DNA of 64,000 nt from Amphiscolops sp. MND2022. Lineage: Eukaryota. The notes beneath the pieces were generated by a model. It made no database searches. It worked only from the letters and a program-made list of their open reading frames with translations, and was not told the DNA's origin. The translations under genes were made by a program, and so were the position numbers. This document shows, piece after piece, positions 20,901 to 32,638 of this stretch. The stretch covers positions 98,892,001 to 98,956,000 of the forward strand of contig OZ076409.1 in the NCBI GenBank assembly GCA_964187785.1. The letters run 5' to 3'. Positions within the stretch are counted from its first letter, which is position 1, and each line of letters opens with the position of its first letter.

Positions 20901-23900
20901 ATTACTTTGTTCACACCTAGTTGTCCCCAACATTCCTTGTGTCAGAACCGTGATTTTTGTTAATCATAAATACGCAAATCTAGCATTGTCAAGTTTGGTT
21001 GTCAAGTTCGATCCCGCTTTATGAATAGTTCTTTTTTCAAAATTTTGTGCTTCAACAATTCACTTGTAAAACTTTACTTATTTTTCACAATTTTTAGGGA
21101 CATTGTAAGGCTTGGAAAACAATCATCTTTTGATACCCATCATAACCTGCCTGAGTTGGAACAAAGCTGCATCTTATCGTTATCTTTTTTCGGTAAGAGT
21201 TGACATTTTATTCGATGCACCTGTTGGCAGATGAAAAGTAAAAGTTCAAACCTTCTCAACGCTGAAATTTTGAATTTGAACAAAATGAATTTTACAAAGA
21301 GCAGTGTTTGATGTAAAAGAAGATTATGTCGATTGTATCAATCGGTTACAACGTATTCGGGTTCTATGTTTCTTAGCTTCATTCTATTTATTAAAACGAA
21401 GTTTCATTCAAACCAAAACTAAGGAGTATCAGCTGCATCGTGATATAGAGTTTGTAACGACAAGCGTCACACGCTTGCAGCAAATGCGGGGAAGAAATAG
21501 CAGGGAAACTTAGTGCCCAGAACTGACCGTTTCGGCGTTCGAGTCAAACTTGCCCCCGCATGATGCCGGTCTCGAGAAGGGGCACCGTCTTCTAGGATGC
21601 TCTCAAAACCTTAATCCGCACTATAACTCGTATGGATAACGCGAATCCAGCTTAGCTACGTCCTCAGGACCATCGCTTAAATAGCTTCTAAAAACGGGAA
21701 GCAGGTGAAACACCAATGATTTTCCATAAAACTAGGAATGACTAAATTTCAAACAAAGCAACTCTCGAGGACACAAATCTAAACAACATTGCTAAATAAC
21801 GAGAAACAACATCAAAGCAATAGTACAACGAATTTGTTGGCGAATGTTTTTCCAGCCCGCAAGGCTCTTTTTTCTTGCTTTCTCGATCTCTTGGCGGCTT
21901 CTCTTTTCTTCTGTTCATACTTTTGGCAATTGAACATGCTCGGCTGTGAGACAAACTCTGCTTGAACAAAAGTTTCAAAAATTGGGGGTGATTACAGGTG
22001 TCCGTTACAGTTCACGCTCACAACACGTTCGGAAATAATGTTTTCTGTTTGCAACTCTTGTTGACAAAGTAGGAAAAGTCTATTTTTAGGCTGGGACTCA
22101 CCAATTTTTTAGCGGCGCAACGACCGTTTCCAACAAGTGAAAGTCCCATTGTTGAATTGTTTTGACGCCTTCGGGCTTATGAAACAAAGTTAAAAGGGAC
22201 ATTTTTTGTTCAAAAATCGTAGTTAGTCATTTTCTCATTTCAATATTTTAATTTTATAATAGAATATTGCTTCAGTGAATAGCATCTCATATCTTTGAAA
22301 AAGTCACCGTTTCTGTACTGACACTTCATCGCGAACCACCGGTGGCCACAGGTGGAGACAATTTAGAGCTGCCAATTTCGTTTCCAACTGTGAGCACTGA
22401 TGGACAACCGGTGGAAAATTTTTCAAAAATTATAAAAACGGGTTTTGAATATTGAAATTACCCGCTCAAACATGTTTGACAGTGAATTTTTGCTTGTCAT
22501 TATTTTTCAGTTAAAATGCGTGTTTTTTCTGGTTTTGAATAATTAAGGGGTAAGGTTATTGACGCTTTTCGGCATTTCGGCACCGCGTTTCCTGTAGCCA
22601 GTGTTTTGGTGAGTTCTTGCTAGTTATCAGGACTGGGGGACATTTGGTTGTGGGTGTCGATCTCTGAGCAACCTTAGCCCATCACAGACCTAAGTTGACA
22701 CTTAACAGCAAGTCTCACACTGCCGGGAGTCCGATAATTCCCACATATAATGCTTACTTGGTCGCTCCACTCTTGAAGGCATCTCTGTATCCTTGGGTGA
22801 GGTTTTGGTGTCTTCTTCCCTTCTGTCATATCGCTGCCCGAGTACAAACTGACATCCTACTCCACTTGGGAAGTATTCCCATCTAGTTGGGTAGCTGGTT
22901 TCCTTTGCCCCTCTTGAATGTAAGTGCTAACCAGTCAAGCACTGTGCGAGCAATCGCTCTCATCGGGGAGTTCAGCAAATATGAACAATGTCTACCATTT
23001 CATTTCCTATTTGAATCGATATACTAGCTTCCGTAATAGTAAAAGGTACTGCCAGCGAATTCATTCTGACAAAGAGGAACTCCAGCTCTACGAAGTTCAC
23101 GGGACAATAAGAGCTTTGTGCTCTGTGCTTCCTCGAATTTTTGCCGGTGTGGTGGCTAAATTCTCAGCAAGCACTGGCGCCCCTCCACATTGGGCTCAAA
23201 ATCGTGATATGAGAAGCGCACACTCGGTAATCTCAATGGTAGCAATCATACAACCTAACTGCTTTTCGCAAGCTCAGTTCTTCGAAGAATGTACCTACCT
23301 ACGACGCCCCCATTACTTTGTTCACACCTAGTTGTCCCCAACATTCCTTGTGTCAGAACCGTGATTTTTGTTAATCATAAATACGCAAATCTAGCATTGT
23401 CAAGTTTGGTTGTCAAGTTCGATCCCGCCTTATGAATAGTTCTTTTTTCAAAATTTTGTGCTTCAACAATTCACTTGTAGAACTTTATTTATTTTTCACA
23501 ATTTTTAGGGACATTGTAAGGCTTGGAAAACAATCATCTTTTGATACCCATCATAACCTGCCTGAGTTGGAACAAAGCTGCATCTTATCGTTATCTTTTT
23601 TCGGTAAGAGTTGACATTTTATTCGATGCACCTGTTGGCAGATGAAAAGTAAAAGTTCAAACCTTCTCAACGCTGAAATTTTGAATTTAAACAAAATGAA
23701 TTTTACAAAGAGCAGTGTTTGATGTAAAAGAAGATTATGTCGATTGTATCAATCGGTTACAACGTATTCGGGTTCTATGTTTCTTAGGTTCATTCTATTT
23801 ATTAAAACGCAGTTTAATTCCAAACTAAAACTAAGGATTATCAGCTGCATCGTTAAATAACGCTTGCAGAAAATGCGGGGAAAGAAATAGCACGGAAACT

Positions 23901-24982
23901 TAGTGCCCGGAACTGACCGTTTCGGCGTTCGAGTCAAACATGCCCCCGCATGATGCCGGTCTCGAGAAGGGGCACCGTCTTCTAGGATGCTCTCAAAACC
24001 TTAATCCGGTCTATAACTCTGGATAACGCGAATCCAGCTTAGCTACGTCCTCAGGACCATCGCTTAAATAGCTTCTAAAAACGGGAAGCAGGTGAAACAC
24101 CAATGATTTTCCATAAAACCAGGAATGGCTAAATTTCAAACAAAGCAACTCCCGAGGACACAAATCTAAACAACATTGCTAAATAATAAAGAGAAACAAC
24201 ATCAAAGCAAAAGTACAACGAGTTTATTGGCGAATGTTTTTCCAGTCCGCAAGGCTCTTTTTTCTTGCTTTCTCGATCTCTTGGCGGCTTCTTTTTTCTT
24301 CTGTTCATACTTTTGGCAATTGAACATGCTCGGCTGTGAGACAAACTCTGCTTGAACAAAAGGTTCAAAAATTGGGGGTAATTACAAGTGTCCGTTACAG
24401 TTCACGCTCACAACACGTTCGGAAATAATGTTTTCTGTTTGCAACTCTTGTTGACAAAGTAGGAAAAGTCTATTTTTAGGCTGGCACTCACCAATTTTTT
24501 AGCGGCGCAACGACCGTTTCCAACAAATGAAAGTCCCATTGTTGAATTGTTTTGAAGCCTTCGGGCTTATGAAACAAAGTTATAAGGGACATTTTTTGTT
24601 CAAAAATCGTAGTTAGTCATTTTCTCATTTCAATATTTTAATTTTATAATAGAATATTGCTTCAGTGAATAGCATCTCATATCTTTGAAAAAGTCACCGT
24701 TTCTGTACTGGCACGTCATCGCGAACCACCGGTGGCCACCGGTGGAGACAATTTAGAGCTGCCAATTTCGTTTCCACCTGTGAGCACTGATGGACAACCG
24801 GTGGAAAATTTTTCAAAAATTATAAAAACGGGTTTTGAATATTGAAATTACCCGCTCAACATATTTGACAGTGAATTTTTGCTTGTCATTATTTTTCAGT
24901 TAAAATGCGTGTTTTTTATGGTTTTGAATAATTAAGGGGTAATGTTAATGACGCTTTTCGGCATTTCGGCATCGCGTTTCCT
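20183..24982. repeat. Recent head-to-tail tandem duplication (20183-22593 and 22594-24982)
   Basis: Both units start GTAGCCAGTGTTTTGGTGAG and end CGCGTTTCCT; near-identical ORF pairs in the track (20513/22924, 21021/23432); one ~20-bp indel near 21440/23853. Confidence 0.95.
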
Positions 24983-25800
24983 GAAGCCGCTGGATATACC
25001 TATAGGTTTTGCTTATGAAGATCAAATGTTTGTGAGCTCGACAAAAATGTTCTTTTCTGATTTGCTAGCAACTTGTACGGAAACATTTGAAAGTCCCTCC
25101 CAGCTTAAGAATCCATCCTTTAGATGGATTCCGATCTGAGGAAAAAGTAATGCAATAGGTTGTGAGTGTCTCCATAGCAAGTGTTAAAAAATAACAAAAC
25201 ACTTTCCGTGACTTTCGTCATTCAAAAATTTTCGTTGAATTCGCCTTGGAAGGATGAACAGGCTGGATTGCAATTTTTTCATCTTTGAATCTTGCACAGG
25301 TTTTATTTTTCATTTTTAACGAAATTGTCACTTAGGAAACGATGACAAAAACTCGCTTCTACAAATAGTAAATAAGTTAGCATTTTCAGAGGAAAATTTT
25401 GCTTTTCAAAGGAGAAAAAAACCTCATTCAAAATTGGGGGATTCTAGCTCCATTTTCACGCGGTTAGAGACGTGAAAGCTTTTTCGCGATAATTCGAGTT
25501 TATTTTCAAGCTCGACCAATCATTTGGACATCTGAAGTACTAAGTAATGAGATTATTGAGTTTGTGAGTATGTATTACTGTTTCTAACTTGTTTTAATTT
25601 GTCTTGTCGAAATGAATCTGTAGAAAATTCTGAAAATCGAAGTATTATGTGAAATTCAATGTTTTTAAGACTTTGTTCTAATGTTCAATGTTTGTTCAAT
25701 GTTTTAATTTATATATATATATAATACAATTCATGTTTTAAGATTAGGTAATTTTTTGCCCCCACTTGAAGATTTCCAGAAACGCAGCTCTTTTGGGAAA

Positions 25801-25864
25801 CCATGATTCATCCATGATGATCATGGAATGATTTTCGGCATGACGAATCATGGATGAATCATGG
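25801..25864. repeat. 18-bp inverted repeat built from CATGAT units
   Basis: CCATGATTCATCCATGAT ... ATCATGGATGAATCATGG. Confidence 0.8.
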
Positions 25865-26519
25865 AAAAGGCCTGTAAATCTAGGTAGCTTTGATGAAAAA
25901 TTCCACTACAATTTTTGCTTTCAGCTTCAAGTTTTTGGCACTGACACTATGTCAAAAAAGCTTCTCTCGCCGACAAAAAACCAAAAATGTTTAAAGGTTT
26001 TATTTAAGTTTCTTTGAAGGAACATCCAATGCTCAATTTTTTTTCATTTCACCCCGAATAATGAAGTCTTCAGGAAAAATAATCAGAGGACTTTTTGTCG
26101 AAACTTTGTCTTCAATGCAAATTATTGTCTCTTGTTCCAAAAGCCTTCCTTGCTGAATAAATAATTCGCTTGAATAAATAATTCACTGAAAAGGCTTGAA
26201 TTCAATGAGTGAGTTTTTACGTAACACTTTTACCCTCCCCTGTGTTTGTGAATAAATAGAGCTTTTATTTCGATCAAAACTTTTCTGGGATTAGCGGGAT
26301 AATTGTTCCATGACACGACCACCCCAAACCAGCATAAAAGAATAGGTGTGCCCGCAATCAAGCGAAAAATGATGCCTATTGATTGAGAAAGGGATTTGTT
26401 CAGAAAAGCAACGGAAATGAGCTCTCGAAATATCTTAATGGGGGCAAACCGCTTCATTCAAAAGCGTATCTTCCTGAAGTTAGATGAGAATGTATTTTCT
26501 AGTTTGTTCAATGGTAACA

Positions 26520-27050
26520 CTAGTCGAGATTGCGTGAATTTTTTACACGCTGCATGGAAACATGCAGACTAATTTTTCACAAAACATGGAAAATTCCGGG
26601 AGCCTGCATGGAAACACTTTGTAAGATTACAATGCAGTATTCACTATTTGAATTAAAACTGAAAACATTTTCACTTCTTCGCCGCCGCGATCCTTTAGTT
26701 TTCACGCGTAAGTTTCTCAAGTAAGTACCTTATGTAATCACTGTTAGTCAAATAGCACGCTGAATATGACGCCCCTTTGAAACTTATAATGTGACTGAAG
26801 TTTATTTGCTTTGAAATTTATGAAGGTCTCAACTGCTTTCAAAATTAGAAATGCTCTTTAATGAAACTTGCAAACCTTTGCGGTGCAGAATTGCCGCCAA
26901 ATTTAGGATGCATCTTAAAGGCAGCTTGATAAAATCGAATCAGTGAAGTTCTAATGCATGGACGTTTCTTTGAAAATTTTATAAAATCATGGAAAATTAC
27001 CCTGGTAACCTACAAAAACGTGTACAAAGTTCAAGCAGTTCCAACCAGGG
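26520..27050. mobile_element. Third, diverged copy of the CCCT-TIR MITE family
   Basis: Ends GCAGTTCCAACCAGGG; shares GTGACTGAAGTT and GCAGCTTGATAAAA blocks with 13080-13240; left boundary approximate. Confidence 0.55.
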
Positions 27051-27062
27051 AAGGTGGTAGAG

Positions 27063-27290
27063 CGTATAGCCGAACGAGCTTTGAGAAAGAATTTAAAGTC
27101 GAAAATCTTGAACCGACATCTACAGATTACGTAATCATAACTAGCATTGGTGAGCAGAATTGAAAATGGATATAATCCGAGTGCCGATATGTGGCTTCTG
27201 AGCCGTTCCCATAACAATTCTTATTTCGTTATCCAATTAGATTTGAGATCGGTTCATATTCTTTCTTTTTAAAGCTCGTACGGCTATACG
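27063..27290. mobile_element. Small MITE-like element (228 bp)
   Basis: TIR CGTATAGCCGAACGAGCTTT / AAAGCTCGTACGGCTATACG (19 of 20). Confidence 0.65.
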
Positions 27291-27685
27291 AATGGCAACC
27301 CAATGGTAAGGCAAATATGCAATGATTTTGATGACGTAAAATTTAAATTCACATTAGCCTATTTATACTGTACATTGTATCGAATTTTCGAAATGAAATT
27401 GTGCATTTTCTTCTGAAGTTTGAAACTTTCTTCAAAAATTTTCTGAAATCTTTGATGCATTTTGCTATTTAGATATGCGTATTTTTTCTAAAGTTTGAAA
27501 CTATTTTCAAATTGTTTCTGAACAAATGTATGCATTTTGTTCTTTAGGTTTCAGCGCTTGCTTTGTGATGACTCAGAGGCAGGTTTTACGTCCATCGAGA
27601 TTTTACCTTCCATCCAACTGAGTATGCCACTGATAACTTGACTGATCAAGATTGTTTAAAATAATAATTCGTTTTTTGAAACGCG

Positions 27686-28065
27686 TTTTTAGTCGGCGTT
27701 TTCGAAGAAAATCCCGACTCTTACAGTGGCTAGTTTTTTTTTCGTGAGTTCAACGCGTAACGTCCACTTTTTGTGCATTAATCCGATTAATGCACATTTA
27801 CCAACTTTTAACATATGTACTTAATACTTCATTTTCAACGCATCCAAAGCGTCTAACATGAGAAAAAGCGTCCCCCCTTTTACATTTTCGGCACTATGCG
27901 ACTTACCGGAAACTTCGAAAAAAAATTCAAAAAAAAATTCAGAAATTTTTTTTCTCAATTTTTAGTTTTTCGAGAGTTTTTGTTGTCTCCAGTTGTAGAA
28001 AAAGTGGTTTTTGAGTCTTTTTGAGCCTTAGATATGGCGCCGACTTGGGCCGTTCCCGGCTTGTT
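27686..28065 (+). mobile_element. HINE/DINE-1-like element, complete
   Basis: TTTTTAGTCGGCG...CCCGACT 5' hairpin; 3' GGCGCCGACTT + stem-loop + CTTGTT. Confidence 0.8.
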
Positions 28066-29365
28066 CAGAACAAGCATTGCTAAAAATTTTTCAAATTTCA
28101 ATTGGAATTATAGAGGCCTTGAATTTGGACCAACACATCTTTAGTCAACTTCCAAAATGATAAAATTCTAACTGAAAATAGTTGAAGCAGAATAAAAACA
28201 AGATAGGAATGAAAATGTAACTGTTGTTTGAGCACAATTTCCACTTCATCGAGGTAAGGGTTTTTACATAAAAGGTCTTGCATATTCTTACATATTCCCG
28301 TTAACTCTTGAAAGCATGGATAAGAAATGGTTTACTCTTGTTTCGCGTAGTCCTTTTGAACTTCTAAACAGAAGTCCTATCAAGAGTTTCAACAATTCAA
28401 CAAAGAATTTTAGTTGCAAAACAAACAACATTGCTAATTACAATTACTATGCTTTTGTTTGCACTATTCTTTCCAAGTTTTTTTCTGAAGTATTGAAATT
28501 CAGGTCGTGGTAGCTTGGTTGGTACGCGAACAGCTTCAGCATAATAGGTAAGCTGATCAAACAGCAGTTGGTGACGGTTTTTGATATTCATTCAGATTTG
28601 TTAGCTTTTCTCTTGAAAATCTCGGTAAGTTCTTGCAAGCTTTTACATACTCTTGGCACTCTTGAGACAATCTAGCTGATTCTAACCGACTGTTTCACGA
28701 TAATGCAAGAATCGCTTCAAGAATTCCAAAAAATTCTCACTGGTCATGATTTTCACCAGATTCCAAATAACAAACAGTTCCTCCTAAAGAATTCAATGAA
28801 TAAAAAATAGATTCGCAGCAAAATTATTCACAGAGGCACCTTACCTTTTTGAAAAAAGACCAATTTTAAAAAGCTCCTTTTTCGTTTTTTTTTTGTGAAA
28901 CTGTACCGATTGGAGCTGCTTGAACTTTTCATAGGTTTTTATAGCTTGCCAAGCATGAATTTATGATTTTTCGGAACCTTCACAGAAACGATCTCGACTG
29001 AATTACATCAAAATGCCTAAAAGATGCAACCTAAACTTGGTGGCAAACAAGATTTTTGCAAGCTTCATAGCGCAATTGTTCTTTTTTAATGCCTTAATAC
29101 CTGAGTAATTCTTTACTCACTGCGGCCATTTTTTTGCAAACCAACTTGAGTCACTTTCTGGATTTAAATAGCGCCATCTTCATCGTACAATTTGACTAAG
29201 GGTTAATATCTGAATTGAACATTCAAGAAAATGAAAAGTGTGAACTAAGTGATCGATCCGGTTCCAGCAGTCTTGACTAAGACTTCAAGGTTGAACAATT
29301 GGTTGGGAGTATTCAGATTTGAAACAATTGCAGTGCTTAGCAGCTTGTTCGGAAAACCTCTGTCA

Positions 29366-29891
29366 TTTTTAGTCGGCGCTTCATGGAGTGAAACGCTATT
29401 ATTATAGTGACTCTTTTTCTCTATCCACACGAACTAACCAAAATAGTTCTTAAAAGTTCTACAAATTATTATTGCTCCAAATTGCACCATTTGGCCGAGC
29501 GAACTGAACCAAAAAAGTTTTTCCTGTTTTCCCGCGTAACATACCATACCGGGCGAGACCAACCCCCCTTTCAATTTTTTTTGGCTCTGTGAGACTTTTT
29601 TTTCGGAAAATTTTTTCCCCAAAGGGTCCTCCTTCAATTTTTCGATGTTTTGCGACAGAATGGATGTTGAAAAACCCTCGAAGGGTCCCCTCTTTTAGTT
29701 TTTCGGCATTGTGAGACTTTTCGAAAATTTGTTTTTTCACCAAAGGGTCCCCCTTCAACTGTGACAAAAATGTTGACCATTTCGGAAGTGTCCCCTTTTA
29801 GCGCTAGGAGCTCCCGCTAGCGGGCCCCGGCGCGCCACTCAGTCCATTTTTTTGCGTTTTCAATTTTCGAGTACAGTAAATTGACTCTTGG
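29366..29891 (+). mobile_element. HINE/DINE-1-like element, 5' part (interrupted by Gypsy element B; 3' end at 45169-45235)
   Basis: TTTTTAGTCGGCGC start, AAGGGTCCCC repeats, breaks at TSD CTTGG. Confidence 0.8.
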
Positions 29892-31517
29892 TGTCGCAAG
29901 CTGCCGCTTGTGACGGGAATTATTATCAAATACCCTCAGTAGACGATTTATCTAACCCCCCACCAGGAGTACTTCCCATATAGACGATTTGATAACTGCG
30001 GACCGAAGGTACGGACGGCCTCACCTAAATTAAGGCAAAGATAGAGGAAAAATTTTCAGAACACAAAGGACCTTAAGTCAAAATGGCCACATCAAACAGT
30101 TGTGTTAAATACAATCACAAAACACTCTACGCTATGTACTTTATTATTGCTTAATATTACAGTTAGTGTGTGCTTGATTTACCTGTTGATTGTTGTTGAA
30201 ATAGTAGTGTACCAAACGAATTGGAATTAGCAATGTAAAATAATCAATTTGAATGATGTATTGGAATGCAATTAAAGCGCAGTAAGGAAACGTGTTCAAA
30301 TGTACTGTTGCTGTGGCTGATTGTACGCAATGTCTAGTGCTATATTAGCCAATCAGATTGAACCAACTATACAATTGGTGACGCCGCGCGGACGTTACGT
30401 CCAATCTGGCGTAACTGACAATCATGCTGTTTGTGATTGTTCTGAATGACATGAAGTGTTATTATTAGTATTATAAACATGTATATAGCATATTCAGGCC
30501 TAATAAAATTCCTCCACGAATGTATACATGACCCGATAGTCTTCAGCTACACCTCTTAGCCGCTTCTATTTGATGCTATTTTTTTCTTTGTAAATTGTGA
30601 CGAAATGGTGACGTAATGTCCCTAGAACTGTCCTAAAACCCCATTCATTGCTATTTTTAGAACCATGACCTGCATAATCCTGCGTGTCACCCTTGCCTAA
30701 CTATAAACAGCAGGAACACCGGAGAGTAGGGACAGAACCTTCTACAATCTTGATACTGACAAGTTGATATATTCTTTGCGCGATATTGAACCTTGCGTTT
30801 GTAACTCTACTGATACATACCTTGTTGATTTGAATTATCTTGTTGATTGATATTCACAATTGACTTTGAAATTCAAATCCCTTTCTAATGCCTTCCGCGA
30901 GAAAGCAAAAGGCTAAAGAGCGTCGCTCTATACAATTAGACATGTTGTCCGATGTGGAAAATGTTGACAAAATGTAAGGAAGTTATTCACAAGATGAGGA
31001 AGAGAACATAGCTAGTGAAAATGGAGTGAATTTGGACTCTGGGTCAAGTAGGCCTCAGCAACATTCTAATGTAATAGGAGAGGATTTCAGATCGCTACTC
31101 AACACCAATAGTAGAGAGAATAGTGAAATTACTGTTGAAACTACTAGAATGATTAGCGAAGAAATTTCCAATCAAATGTCAAGGAAACTGAATGAGATCA
31201 GAAATAGTTTGAATTCCCAAATACATGAGGCAATAAACAGCGTAATGACAGAGACAGTGCTTCCTTCCATCCAAAACACATTAGGAACACATGGGAATAT
31301 GAATTACATCACTATGGACCAAGCGTCCGTCGGGCCACACAAGAGCCCGAGCTCAACTAATTTTGTCTCAAGGGACCATAAGTCCAGTAGGCTACAGCGG
31401 AACTCCGAAGTAGGAAATGCACAAAAATCATGGGAAAATCCATTATCCAGAAAAACAGTAGACAAATGTCTCGTCAAAGTTCAATAGACTCTAATAACAG
31501 TGAACAAAATCAAGACA
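29892..31517 (+). repeat. 5' LTR of element B (1626 bp)
   Basis: Starts TGTCGCAAGC as at 42057 and 44142; ends AATCAAGACA (cf. AATCACGACA at 45168) directly before TGG. Confidence 0.93.
30702..30707 (+). promoter_or_regulatory. Candidate TATA box in LTR
   Basis: TATAAA kept in all three LTR copies, ~185 nt upstream of the gag ATG; CCAAT boxes further upstream (30350, 30401). Confidence 0.55.
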
Positions 31518-31530
31518 TGGTGACAGGAGC
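31518..31530 (+). promoter_or_regulatory. Primer-binding site (cognate tRNA not assigned)
   Basis: TGGTGACAGGAGC immediately after the LTR terminal CA. Confidence 0.7.
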
Positions 31531-32631
31531 CAACCCTACCCCACATACAGTTCCTGAGTTTCTCACTGGACGTCCCATGCAATCCCGAGAACCTCTGCAA
31601 CACCAAAATTCCAACAACAATGAGTCTCAGGATTTGGGCCCCCAAATCCCTGAGACTACAAAACCAACTACCCCTTCTGATCCCATTAACCGTCTAGCTG
31701 AAGTGTTGGTCGGCATGAACAATTGTCCATCAGCACAAACACTGATGATACGCCCAGTCAGCACGACTACACTGACATTTGACGGCAAATCAGAGAAATT
31801 CGAACTCTTCGAAGATCTCTTTCACACAATGATCAAAATGCAACCTGATATGACTGAAACAATGAAAATAAATCATTTTCATTCATTGTTACGAAAGAAT
31901 GCGCTACAAACTTTCCGTAACATCAGCACGGCAAACAGGCAAACCCTGGAAGACATTCTGGCAGTATTTCGTCGGAAATATGTCAAACCCGAGTCCCAGG
32001 CGACCGCCAAACACAAATGGCATAGATTGGTGTTTGACCCAAATACCATGAAATTGCCAGACTTCCTTGAGGAACTCAATCAAGGAGCTGAAAAGGCGTT
32101 TGGCGAGAACGCCCAGGCAATGATCGATAGTCTTCTATATGCCAAATTGCCGCCGAAATTGAAATGTTCAGTCAATATGGCTAGATTAGAAAACGCAACC
32201 TATGAGGAAATAGTTACTCATTTGGAACGAGAACTAGAACTAAACGGACTTGAGGAAGGTGACGACATTCCTGTCCCAACAATGTCAACTGCCCCTACAG
32301 CAACACGACCGGGAACTGGCCTCCTTTTTTCGGAAAAAGACCCAAATATTACTTGCAACTATTGCAAAAAACCAGGCCATATCAAAGATGACTGCCGAAA
32401 ACTCAAAAGAAAGGAGGAACAACGCCGCAATGACGGGCAGGATACCAAAAATGAATATCCCAAATGTCCAACTTGCGACAAAACGAATCACCTGGCGGAA
32501 CGATGTTGGAAAGGCGCCGGAGCCGACCTCAAGCCCAAAAACCTCAAGCTAGAGGATACCAAAACTGACGAAACGCCTACCAGTACTAATGACGTTCCAA
32601 ATAAACAAACAACTTCTATAATAAAAAACCC

Positions 32632-32638
32632 AAAAAAC
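32632..32638 (+). promoter_or_regulatory. -1 ribosomal frameshift slippery heptamer A AAA AAC at gag/pol junction
   Basis: Correctly phased in the gag frame directly before TAG; the -1 frame (LDSPRLQLNEK...) is the pol frame. Confidence 0.8.

Noticed and set aside
21512..21700. Hammerhead ribozyme on minus strand (CTGAGGA ... CCGAAACGGTC)
   Set aside because: Stem II closing pair and stem I partner do not form; cores ~120 nt apart
21200..21960. Possible minus-strand host exons (acceptor-like sites, KKREAAKRSRKQEKR peptide)
   Set aside because: Stops in the candidate frames, no convincing donors, no recognisable product
20513..23331. Duplicated 135-aa plus-strand ORFs as genes
   Set aside because: Non-ATG starts, no motifs; similarity comes from the tandem duplication and the region looks like the opposite strand of a decayed retroelement
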